A stretch of DNA of 64,000 bases. Source: Candidatus Latescibacterota bacterium (GTDB lineage: Bacteria; Latescibacterota; UBA2968; GCA-2709665). Each line of letters starts with the position of its first letter. The first letter of the stretch is position 1. Of this stretch, positions 9,750 through 18,224 are shown piece after piece. Position numbers and translations under genes: made by a program. The stretch lies in assembly GCA_965222075.1 (NCBI GenBank), contig OZ244937.1, positions 2,880,001 to 2,944,000 of the forward strand, in the 5' to 3' direction. The notes below the pieces were generated by a model that had not been told where the DNA came from, made no database searches, and saw nothing but the letters and a program-made list of their open reading frames with translations.

Positions 9750-11565
9750 TACCCCCTGCCTTTCCGTCGAAGACCACACCGTTCCTCTCCCGATCGGTAT
9801 AAATGAAAACCGTCTGGCTGCCGAAAAGTACATGGTCTGTCCGGATGCGCATCCGCTCCAAAACCGTTTGCCTCACCCGTCTGACGGTCCCCGATTCCCG
9901 GGACAACCGGAGCGCTGAGAGGACCGAAGGGGGAAGCGCAGACACCTCCCGTCCCTCCACCGTCACCCCCCCTTTGGGGGAGAGGAGTTCAAGAATAAGC
10001 CCGTCGTTGCGCTCCACCCGGCCCAGCAGGCGGATCAGGTGCGCTAAATCCCTGGGCGTGTACTCGCCGGGCACCCGCTTGGCCTCCAGTGCAGCGTGGG
10101 CGCGGGCGCTGGACACCCGCAGGGTCAGCCGCCCCCTCCGGGCCTGCGCAGGGATCACCAGCAGCGTATCCACCTTTTGGAGATCTCCCAGATAGGGCCG
10201 CAGGGTAACCGTCACCCGGGCGGTATCCCCCGGCTGAAAACGGACCTTCTGCAGACGAACCGCCTCAATCCGGGCAGCCCGGGCCCGCTCTTCCACCTCC
10301 AGATCGAACGCCACCTCCTCCACCCACACCGGTTCAAAAGGGTTCTGCATCAACCGGGACAGGGGGGTCGTTGCTCCCAAAACCGCCTCTCCCAGGCCCT
10401 GAGCCCCGGCGTAAATGTTCTCCACCTCCAGAGGGGGATGCCCTGCCACTACGATCTGGGTACGTGCCCGCACGGTGGTCTCGCCCATCAGCTTCTCGGA
10501 CGAAATCAGAGCGCTTGCTACCGCCATCCTCACCAGCAGCGGGCCGAAATCCCGGTTGCGCAGCACCTCCATCCGGAACCCCTCCCGGTTGCCCGGCGAA
10601 CGGATCTCGATCTGCGTCGGGATCATCTCCGCCTCGCGGCCCACAATCCCTGCAATCCCCGGCGCCCGGTCCTGCACGATCAGGCCCATTGGGTGGGACG
10701 CCGCACCCAGCTTAAAAGAGAGGTATTGGCTGGGAAACACCTGGTGGATGTAGGCCGCCGTCATCGGCATCGCCGTGCTGCCCCCAAAAAGCATCGGGTG
10801 CCCGAACCCGACCACCCGGTCCCCATCCCGATAGGTGAGGGTGCCAATGCCCGTCACGCTGAAATCGCCCCGGATAAGCTGCACCCCCAGCGGGGCACCG
10901 GGCTCAAACGGCCCGGACGGAAGGGACGCATCAACACCCCCGCCCCCCTGAACGGGCAGCAACCCGAGAGGCAGCAGTTCCTCCCTGAGTTCGGCCACCA
11001 CCCGGGGCGCAAACCCCGACATCACCAGAGGTATCGCCACCGGCCTCAACGCACCGGCCTCCAGTCCCGCCGGCTCGGCAACAGAAGGCGTCCCCCCCCT
11101 GCCCTGCCGCAGCCAGGACCCCAGGCTGGAAGCCGCGTCCGACGGTGCGGAGGGGCGCTTAAGCACGTCGATCATCTCGGCAATGGGCGTAATCCCGGCA
11201 ATCGGTTCTTTGGCAAAAATGCCGAAACTGTAAGCCACAGCCCCGACCAGCTTCCCCTGGATATAGACCGGGCTGCCGCTCATCCCGGCGATCACCCCCG
11301 TCTCTTCCAGCGGACTTCCCGAAAGCCGGGCCAGAATAATGTCGCTTCGGGGACCCAACACGTTGCGCAGAACCCCCAGGACCTCGACCTGAAACGTATC
11401 GATGCGCGTCCCCTGAAAGACCGTCCGGCCGATGCCCACCATGCCCCGTTGAATCTCATCGACGGACATCTGCGCAACCGCCCCGGCCGCGCCGCAATCC
11501 CTCGGGGAAACCGCCGGGATAAGGATCAGCGCAAGACAGAGAACAACAGAAGAGAACCGGGCCAT
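9736..11565 (-). CDS. Secreted SpoIVB-type (peptidase S55) serine protease
   Basis: Signal peptide MARFSSVVLCLALILIP; GVIAGMSGSPVYIQGKLVGAV and GIGTLTY..VVGFGHP motifs. Confidence 0.88.
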   Translation of the reverse strand: MARFSSVVLCLALILIPAVSPRDCGAAGAVAQMSVDEIQRGMVGIGRTVFQGTRIDTFQVEVLGVLRNVLGPRSDIILARLSGSPLEETGVIAGMSGSPVYIQGKLVGAVAYSFGIFAKEPIAGITPIAEMIDVLKRPSAPSDAASSLGSWLRQGRGGTPSVAEPAGLEAGALRPVAIPLVMSGFAPRVVAELREELLPLGLLPVQGGGGVDASLPSGPFEPGAPLGVQLIRGDFSVTGIGTLTYRDGDRVVGFGHPMLFGGSTAMPMTAAYIHQVFPSQYLSFKLGAASHPMGLIVQDRAPGIAGIVGREAEMIPTQIEIRSPGNREGFRMEVLRNRDFGPLLVRMAVASALISSEKLMGETTVRARTQIVVAGHPPLEVENIYAGAQGLGEAVLGATTPLSRLMQNPFEPVWVEEVAFDLEVEERARAARIEAVRLQKVRFQPGDTARVTVTLRPYLGDLQKVDTLLVIPAQARRGRLTLRVSSARAHAALEAKRVPGEYTPRDLAHLIRLLGRVERNDGLILELLSPKGGVTVEGREVSALPPSVLSALRLSRESGTVRRVRQTVLERMRIRTDHVLFGSQTVFIYTDRERNGVVFDGKAGGSGKK

Positions 11566-11646
11566 GCAAAACACCTCACAAAAAAGACCGTTGCCCTGGA
11601 AAAACCAGAATCTACCGTGCAGCAGAACAAAAGTCAAGCCTCCCTA

Positions 11647-11675
11647 ATTATACCGGTTTTGGTTTCAGCGAACAA
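11647..11675 (-). promoter_or_regulatory. Sigma70-like promoter for the S55 peptidase (possibly the whole rib/nusB run)
   Basis: TTGTTC-17 nt-TATAAT on the minus strand. Confidence 0.65.
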
Positions 11676-11680
11676 GCCCC

Positions 11681-11709
11681 TTGTGAAATCCCCTGAATCT
11701 CCGTATACT
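11681..11709 (+). promoter_or_regulatory. Divergent sigma70-like promoter with no convincing downstream gene
   Basis: TTGTGA-17 nt-TATACT. Confidence 0.45.
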
Positions 11710-11759
11710 GGGGGCATGCAGATCGCCCTGCTCCGCATTCCGCAATCGGTTTGCCTTTC

Positions 11760-12098
11760 TGCAAAAAGCCCGGGGAACAGAACCTCGAACAGCCGGGGAG
11801 AGTTGATTCCCTCGCCAGGAATCCGGCTGCCTCGAGCGCGCTCTGCCCCCGGGCTTTATGCAACTCACGGTGGCGGGTCGGCCCTCAGCCGACAACAGAG
11901 TAGTTATTCAGTAAATTTTAAACGGGGAAGAACAACCGATCGAAACGTCAAACAGCCGGATCGGCATCCAGAAGAGCAGGACCTAATGAAGGTGGGGAAA
12001 AGGGGAAATCGCCAGGGGTCTACACAGGGGCCAGCCGATGGGGCATCGCATCCCCTGCTGCTGGAGACGGGGGTGTCTCCTGGAAAATAGTGGGGGAC
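11760..12098 (-). ncRNA. Candidate structured non-coding RNA (~340 nt), family not recognised
   Basis: Upstream TTGACT-17-TATCTT promoter, at least four small hairpins, and a 3' ~100-nt stem ending in UUUUU. No credible CDS. Confidence 0.5.
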
Positions 12099-12104
12099 GC
12101 CACA

Positions 12105-12133
12105 AAGATAAGCCTTTGTTTTTCTTAAGTCAA
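12105..12133 (-). promoter_or_regulatory. Sigma70-like promoter for the candidate ncRNA
   Basis: TTGACT-17 nt-TATCTT. Confidence 0.6.
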
Positions 12134-12330
12134 GAGGAAGTTTTTCCCATCGCAATATATTGGGGCCACACTGGAAGAATATACCTTGAATTTGGAGACC
12201 GAACCCGTTTGAGACGGGTGCTTTCACCTGGAAAACCAGCACAATAACAGAAGCCGACCCTGTCTCCGGAGTCGGCTCATATCCAACGAATTGATGGGTG
12301 AATGGGTTACCGTGACAATTCACCATCTAC

Positions 12331-12513
12331 CTATGCCGCTCGCTTTTCAGCACACCGCAGCGCTTTCAGGGCCGCCATCCAGGCCGCTTCGTAGGCCGCC
12401 AGCGCCCGGCGCCACACCGCCGGGGCTGCTCCCTCCTGCTGAACCTGCCGGGCCGCCCGTTCGATCGCCCGTTCTGTGGCCGCAATCTCCGCATCGAACT
12501 CACCCCCTTTCAT
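12331..12513 (-). CDS. Small Ala-rich helical hypothetical protein (60 aa)
   Basis: Starts 8 nt after the ankyrin-like gene stop; plausible codon usage; weak RBS. Confidence 0.45.
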   Translation of the reverse strand: MKGGEFDAEIAATERAIERAARQVQQEGAAPAVWRRALAAYEAAWMAALKALRCAEKRAA

Positions 12514-12520
12514 TCACAGC

Positions 12521-12916
12521 CTACCCAGCACCTTGCGCTTCCAGCAGTTCAACAACCGCGTCCTGCCCGCCGATTCTGGCGTGAACCACCAGGGGGATAC
12601 CGTGCGGACCCTTCTGGTGCGCCACCTGAGGATCATCAGTGAGGAATGCCTTGACGATTTCAACCTTTCCCAGCATCGCTGCACAGAAAACATCCATCCT
12701 GGCTCCTCTGGACAGAAGATGCTCGGCAATCGCCTTGCCATTGGTATGCGCAGCGGCGCCAAGCGCAGTCTCCCAATCCCCTCCGCCCCAGTCCCAGCAC
12801 GCATTGACCAGCGCCGGTTGCTGCTCCAGCAGTTCTTTTACCCGATCAAAATCACCGTGAGCCACTCGCACAAATTCTTCTACCATCTCTTTACCCAGCG
12901 CAGGAGGGGCATCCAT
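12521..12916 (-). CDS. Small ankyrin-repeat-like protein
   Basis: AHGDFDRVKELL, DWETALGAAAH, LLSRGAR, AAMLG, GPHGIPL. Confidence 0.85.
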   Translation of the reverse strand: MDAPPALGKEMVEEFVRVAHGDFDRVKELLEQQPALVNACWDWGGGDWETALGAAAHTNGKAIAEHLLSRGARMDVFCAAMLGKVEIVKAFLTDDPQVAHQKGPHGIPLVVHARIGGQDAVVELLEAQGAG

Positions 12917-13201
12917 TGTAAACCCTTTCTGTTTTTTTGTTTTGATGGTGTCTATCTGCGGCTTATTTTGACGTGATTCTACAGCTTTTCCATACAACAC
13001 AATATAGTGAACATTCGTACAGTTTTCAAGGGCTTTTCAAAGGTCCTGTGACATTCCCTTAACCGGAGCGTAGAAGCCATCCCTTTGATCGCCCCCCTGC
13101 CACAGAGCCAACAGGGCTCAAACCCATCCTTCCCCAAAGCCTCGCGCCCCAATTCCCCGGCGATCTGTTTTTTCCCCCGATTTCCCCTCCTAACATATCT
13201 C

Positions 13202-13230
13202 TGGACAGGAACGCTATTGTATATTATCTT
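13202..13230 (+). promoter_or_regulatory. Putative promoter of the Gfo operon
   Basis: TGGACA-17 nt-TATCTT. Confidence 0.45.
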
Positions 13231-13348
13231 CCAGACCCCGGAAATCGGTCGCCCTGCTCCGGCCATGACCCAGACACAGACGCCGTCCACCCTGCCAAAC
13301 GCTGTGCTCGTTCGCGTTTCCCTACCCCTCTGCAAATAAGGGGTTCTC

Positions 13349-14407
13349 ATGGCAAACACCTTAAAAGTCGGCATCATCGGCGTTGGAGGCATCGCCTCCA
13401 GCCATATTCCCGGCTGGAACGCCTCGGAGCACGCCGAACTGGCCGCCGGCTGCGACATCGACAAACGTGTCCTCAACAGATGGGGGCAGAAGCACGAAGT
13501 CTCAAAGCTCACGACCGACTCTGCGGACCTCTTCAAAAACCCCGACATCGACATCATCGACATCTGCACCCCCAACGCCCATCACGCCCCCCTGGCCATC
13601 GCTGCGCTGGGCGCCGGCAAACACGTCATCTGCGAAAAGCCCTTAGCGCCCACCCCCGGCCTCGTCAAAAAGATGATTGCCGCACAGGAGGAATCGGGCA
13701 GGCTGCTGATGACGGCCCAGCATTTCCGCTTCTCGGGTTCGGCCAGGGCCATGAAAGCCGAAATCGACAGTGGCGTCTTAGGCGAGGTCTACCACGCCAG
13801 AAGCTGGATGCTGCGCCGGTCGGCGGCTCCCACCAGCCCCGGATTCATCCTCAAACAGCACAGCGGCGGGGGCCCCTGCATCGACATCGGCGTCCACATC
13901 TTAGATCTCACCCTGTGGTTTATGGGCAACCCGAAACCGGCGACCGTCAGTGGTGTCGCCCGCGCCGAACTGGCCCACCAGAGGGGCGCATTCAGCAACT
14001 GGGGCGGCCCGATCCCTGAGCAATTCGATGTCGAAGACTTCGGCGCCGCCTTCGTCCGATTCGAAAACGGGGCCACGCTCATCCTCGAAGTCAGCTGGCT
14101 GCTCCACCACGATACCATGGTAGAAGACATGCAGATGTGGCTCTACGGCACGAAGGGAGGCAGCCACTGGCCAAAGTGCGAAATCTATGAAACGAACAAC
14201 AAAACCAGGCAACACTACAACCGGACCTTGAAAAACACCAGAGACCGCCTGGAGCCCCACGCTCAGGAGTGCGTCGAATTTGCCCGTGCAGTTGTCGAAG
14301 GCGCCCCTTCGCCCGTGCCGCCCGAACAGTCGCTGCAGGTCATGACCATCTTAGACGGCATCTACCGCAGCCAGGCGTCCGGCCGCGAGGTCAAAGTGAA
14401 GGTGTGA
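13349..14407 (+). CDS. Gfo/Idh/MocA family oxidoreductase
   Basis: KVGIIGVGGIA, ICTPN..H, GKHVICEKP, GGGPCIDIGVH. Confidence 0.95.
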   Translation: MANTLKVGIIGVGGIASSHIPGWNASEHAELAAGCDIDKRVLNRWGQKHEVSKLTTDSADLFKNPDIDIIDICTPNAHHAPLAIAALGAGKHVICEKPLAPTPGLVKKMIAAQEESGRLLMTAQHFRFSGSARAMKAEIDSGVLGEVYHARSWMLRRSAAPTSPGFILKQHSGGGPCIDIGVHILDLTLWFMGNPKPATVSGVARAELAHQRGAFSNWGGPIPEQFDVEDFGAAFVRFENGATLILEVSWLLHHDTMVEDMQMWLYGTKGGSHWPKCEIYETNNKTRQHYNRTLKNTRDRLEPHAQECVEFARAVVEGAPSPVPPEQSLQVMTILDGIYRSQASGREVKVKV

Positions 14408-14433
14408 GTCGTGCGGGATGAAAGGAGCGGCGC

Positions 14434-15564
14434 GTGGCAGACACAGCGGACGTGATCATCATCGGCGGGGGTGTCATCGGATGCGCGATCGCCTACGACC
14501 TCGCCGGCGCGGGATTGAAAGTCACCCTCCTGGAGCAGGAGGCGGTCGGCAGCGGCGCCTCCTCGGCAGCGGCGGGGCTGATTGTGCCTCTGCATGCAGC
14601 CGAAGAAGGCGAGCGCTCTCCCCTCTTTGAACTCTACCTGGCCTCCGCCAGGCGCTTTCCGGACCTGGTCGCGGAACTGGAGGAGGCCACCGGCCTGCGC
14701 GTCGACTTCGACCGTTCCGGCCTCCTCCGGGTGGCTGCTACTGAAGATGAGGAGGAACTGCTCCGGGAATCCTTCGAAGCCTGGGAGCGCATCGAAGCGC
14801 TTACCGTAGAATGGGTGGACCGAAAGACCCTGCGCGGGATGGAACCGGAACTGGCCCCGGATGTCTGCTGCGGCGTCTTCTCAAAAGATGAGAGCAGGCT
14901 CCACCCCGGCCGGTTCACCCGCGCCCTGGCCTGGGGGGCAGCGCAGCGCGGCGCCCGGATCCGCACCGGATGCCCGGCCCTGGGCGTGCGTCAGCGGAAC
15001 GGCCGGTTCGAGGCCGTGCAGACCCTCGACGGGGAAATTTCCGCCCAAGAACTCGTCATCGCCGCAGGCGCCTGGAGCCGGGTGCCCTGCGCCTGGTTCG
15101 GCGTCCACGTCCCCATCGGCCCGGCCCGGGGGCAGATGGTCGCCCTGCGTCCTCCCACCCGCCTTCTGAGGCACTCCCTCCTCTCCTTCAACGGGGCGAT
15201 CCATCCCGCCTTAGACGGAACCGTGCACGTCGGCTCCACCGTCGAACTCGTCGGCTTCGACACCCGCACCACCGCCGAAGGCATCGCCACCATCTTAGCG
15301 ATTCTCCCCAGGCTGCTCCCCGCGCTCAACCCCGCTCCGGTCGAGCGTGTCTGGGCCGGGCTGCGGCCCTGGTGTGAAGACGGCCTCCCGGCTGTCGGGC
15401 GACTGCCGGGCTGCGAGGGGGTCATCCTGGCCGGTGGGCACTTCAAGCTGGGCATCGTCGGCAGCGCCATCACCGCACGCACGGTCAAAACCCTGATCGC
15501 AGACGGGCAGGTCGATCCGTTGATCGCCCCCTTCACCCCCCAACGGTTTGCAGAGGGTGCGTAA
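14434..15564 (+). CDS. FAD-dependent glycine oxidase ThiO-like / D-amino acid oxidase family
   Basis: IIGGGVIG, ASSAAAG, AAGAWS, RGQM, WAGLRP. No thiS or thiG adjacent. Confidence 0.88.
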   Translation: MADTADVIIIGGGVIGCAIAYDLAGAGLKVTLLEQEAVGSGASSAAAGLIVPLHAAEEGERSPLFELYLASARRFPDLVAELEEATGLRVDFDRSGLLRVAATEDEEELLRESFEAWERIEALTVEWVDRKTLRGMEPELAPDVCCGVFSKDESRLHPGRFTRALAWGAAQRGARIRTGCPALGVRQRNGRFEAVQTLDGEISAQELVIAAGAWSRVPCAWFGVHVPIGPARGQMVALRPPTRLLRHSLLSFNGAIHPALDGTVHVGSTVELVGFDTRTTAEGIATILAILPRLLPALNPAPVERVWAGLRPWCEDGLPAVGRLPGCEGVILAGGHFKLGIVGSAITARTVKTLIADGQVDPLIAPFTPQRFAEGA

Positions 15565-15624
15565 TGGTCACCCAGCCGGTGGTCGTAGAACGGACCTTTA
15601 CCGTGCTTCACGCTTCATTTCTCC

Positions 15625-16998
15625 ATGCCCAATACCTTCACAGTCACCCAAGCCGCTCAGCAGATCCAGACGGGCCGCCTCGCGCCCCTCGACCTGCTCA
15701 ACGCCTGTCTTTCCCGCATCAACGCCCTTGAAGACCGCGTACACGCCTGGGTCAGCCTTGATGTCGAAGGCGCAGAGGCCCAGGCCCGGGAACAGCAGGA
15801 GGAACTCGCCCGCGGCCGCCTGCGGGGTCCCCTCCACGGCATCCCCATCGCCATCAAAGACATCGTCTACACCCGGGGCCTTCGCACAACGGCCGGCTCC
15901 AAAATTCTCCACGACTTCGTACCAGAATACGATGCGACCGTCGTCTCCAAACTGCGGGAGGCCGGGGCCGTCATCCTGGGCAAAACCGTCACCACCGAAT
16001 TCGCCTGCTTCGACCCCCCAAAGACCCGCAATCCCTGGAACCTCGCCCACACCCCGGGCGGCTCCAGCAGCGGGTCGGCCGCGGCCGTGGCCTGTCGGAT
16101 GTGTCCGGCCGCCCTCGGCTCCCAGACCGGCGGCTCCATCAGCAGGCCTGCGGCCTACTGCGGAATCGTGGGCTGCAAACCCACCTGGGGCCGCGTCAGC
16201 GTATACGGCGTTCACCCCGTCAGCTTCAGCCTCGACCACGTCGGCCCCTTCACCCGCAGCGTTGCCGACGCCGCCCTGCTGCTCCGTATCATCGCCGGAG
16301 CAGACCCGCACGACCCCCTCTGCTCGGACGCCCCGGTCCCCGACTATCCCTCCGGCCTGGCCAAACCCGCAACCCGGACGCCCCGCATCGGACTCATCCG
16401 GTCCTACTTTCAGGAAACCGGCGACCATGCCGTGTGGTCCGCAGTTGAAGACGCAGCCGATATCTTCCGATCAAACGGCGCCGACGTGACCGAGATCGAC
16501 CTTCCCCGGAGCTTCTCCGACCTCCACCGGATGCACCGCACGATCATGCTCGCAGAGGCCGCCGCCTGCCACGCCGCCCAGTTTAAAACGCGGCGTTCAG
16601 ACTACAGCCCCGGCATCCGCTCCCTGCTTGAAGAGGGCCTGGCCCTCTCCGCTGTCGACTATGCCGATGCCCGGCGCCACCAGCTCACCTTCCGTTCGGA
16701 GATCCAGGCCGCCTCCACCGGCGTTGACCTGCTCCTCACCCCGGCCACGCTCACCCCGGCCCCCAGGGACCTGACCACCACCGGCGACCCGGCGTTCAAC
16801 TCCCCCTGGAGCTACACCGGCCTCCCCACCATCGTCCTGCCCGTGGAGTGCTCTCCGGATGGGCTGCCCATTGGCATCCAGCTTATCGGTCGCCCCTTTG
16901 CCGAACCCGACCTCCTCACCGCCGCCGCCTGGTGCGAGTCCCACCTTGGATGGGACAAAGTTCCGGAACGATGCACCAAACCGTCACACCCCAGGTAA
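15625..16998 (+). CDS. Amidase signature family enzyme
   Basis: GPLHGIPIAIKD, TPGGSSSGSAAAVA, GSQTGGSISRPAAYCG. Confidence 0.95.
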   Translation: MPNTFTVTQAAQQIQTGRLAPLDLLNACLSRINALEDRVHAWVSLDVEGAEAQAREQQEELARGRLRGPLHGIPIAIKDIVYTRGLRTTAGSKILHDFVPEYDATVVSKLREAGAVILGKTVTTEFACFDPPKTRNPWNLAHTPGGSSSGSAAAVACRMCPAALGSQTGGSISRPAAYCGIVGCKPTWGRVSVYGVHPVSFSLDHVGPFTRSVADAALLLRIIAGADPHDPLCSDAPVPDYPSGLAKPATRTPRIGLIRSYFQETGDHAVWSAVEDAADIFRSNGADVTEIDLPRSFSDLHRMHRTIMLAEAAACHAAQFKTRRSDYSPGIRSLLEEGLALSAVDYADARRHQLTFRSEIQAASTGVDLLLTPATLTPAPRDLTTTGDPAFNSPWSYTGLPTIVLPVECSPDGLPIGIQLIGRPFAEPDLLTAAAWCESHLGWDKVPERCTKPSHPR

Positions 16999-17005
16999 CC
17001 ATACC

Positions 17006-18199
17006 GTGCCCCGCACCTGCTACGCCTTCTGCCTGCTCCTCCTCGCCGCCTTACCCGCGCAGGGCAATCCCGGCATCGAGTCGACCGCCCAGGAAGGCCT
17101 CGATCGGATGTTGAACGAAGACTATGCCCGGGCGCACGCCCTCTTCGACTCCCTGATAACCGCCCATCCAAAGCGGCCCGAAGGCTACCTGGGCAGGGCG
17201 ATGGCCTACTGGGACGCCAGCCTTATCCTGGAGGACGAAACGCAGTACGATCGGGAGATCCACCGCCTGATCAAACAGGCCATCCGCGTCTCAGAGGACC
17301 ACATCAAGGCCCGCGGGGAATCGGCGGAGATGTTCTTCTGGCTTGGAAACGCCTACGGCCTCCGCGCCGGCCTGGCCATGGTGCGCGGCAGTATCTTTGA
17401 AGGCGTGGTGGACGGGCTGAAGAGCGAGGAATTCCTCTCCGCAACGCTGGCCCTCGACTCGACCCTGGTAGACGCCCACTTCGGACTGGGGCTGTCTGAC
17501 TACGTCATCGCCCGCAAACCGAGGCTCCTGCGGATGGTGAACCGGCTCTTCTCGCTCCCCCCCGGAGACCGCAAAGGGGGTCTGGCCCGGCTCGACCGGG
17601 TGGCTCGGAAAGGCACCTACTGCCGCAGGCATGCCCTGTCGAGCCGGGCCTTCATCGAACTCTACTACGAGAAGAATGCAGGTGAGGCGCGCCGGCGCTT
17701 TGGGGACCTGATCCGGCGCTATCCCAACAGCATCAACTACCGCGTGCGCTACCTGGACGCCCTGTTCGCCCTCACCGTAAAGGGCAAACAGGACGACCGC
17801 CAAACCCTCATCGACTCCGTCCAATCCATCCGCAACCTCGCACAACAGCGGGGCTGGAAGCTGGATTGGTGGACGCACACCAAACTCACCTTTATAGAAG
17901 GATTCGGGTGCTATCTCACAGGTCAAACCGACCGGGCAGGGGAACATATGGAGGCCTACATTCAGCAGGCCGAAAAAAAAAGCTGGCTGCTTGGCCCGGC
18001 GGAGTTGATCCTGGGAAAACTGGCCGACCTGCGCGGCAACCGGCAGCGCGCGATCGTCCACTACAAACGCGCCCTCAAGCAGGAAGATGTCTGGGGCACC
18101 CACGCCCGGGCCGGGCGCTACCTGAAGCGTCCTTTCTCGGCAGAGGAACCGATTCAGCGCCCCCCCGACCTGGTAAGGCGCTATCCCCAACGCCCGTGA
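17006..18199 (+). CDS. Secreted TPR-like protein
   Basis: Signal-like CYAFCLLLLAALPAQG and helical repeats (DAHFGLG). GTG start inferred. Confidence 0.75.
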   Translation: MPRTCYAFCLLLLAALPAQGNPGIESTAQEGLDRMLNEDYARAHALFDSLITAHPKRPEGYLGRAMAYWDASLILEDETQYDREIHRLIKQAIRVSEDHIKARGESAEMFFWLGNAYGLRAGLAMVRGSIFEGVVDGLKSEEFLSATLALDSTLVDAHFGLGLSDYVIARKPRLLRMVNRLFSLPPGDRKGGLARLDRVARKGTYCRRHALSSRAFIELYYEKNAGEARRRFGDLIRRYPNSINYRVRYLDALFALTVKGKQDDRQTLIDSVQSIRNLAQQRGWKLDWWTHTKLTFIEGFGCYLTGQTDRAGEHMEAYIQQAEKKSWLLGPAELILGKLADLRGNRQRAIVHYKRALKQEDVWGTHARAGRYLKRPFSAEEPIQRPPDLVRRYPQRP

Positions 18200-18224
18200 T
18201 CGAATTGCGGAATACTTTGCCCTC

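Noticed and set aside
10096-12090. 664-aa + strand ORF
   Set aside because: Antisense shadow of the S55 peptidase in GC-rich DNA; no motifs.
11716-12100. FMN riboswitch, tmRNA, RNase P or SRP identity for the structured region
   Set aside because: None of the conserved signatures seen (FMN AGGGCGGGG/GAUGGGAG, tmRNA GGGG...CCACCA ends, RNase P GAGGAAAGUCC, SRP CAGG..GGAAG..GCAG).
11904-12326. 140-aa minus-strand ORF across the candidate ncRNA
   Set aside because: Atypical composition, no RBS, and it runs through a promoter-like site.
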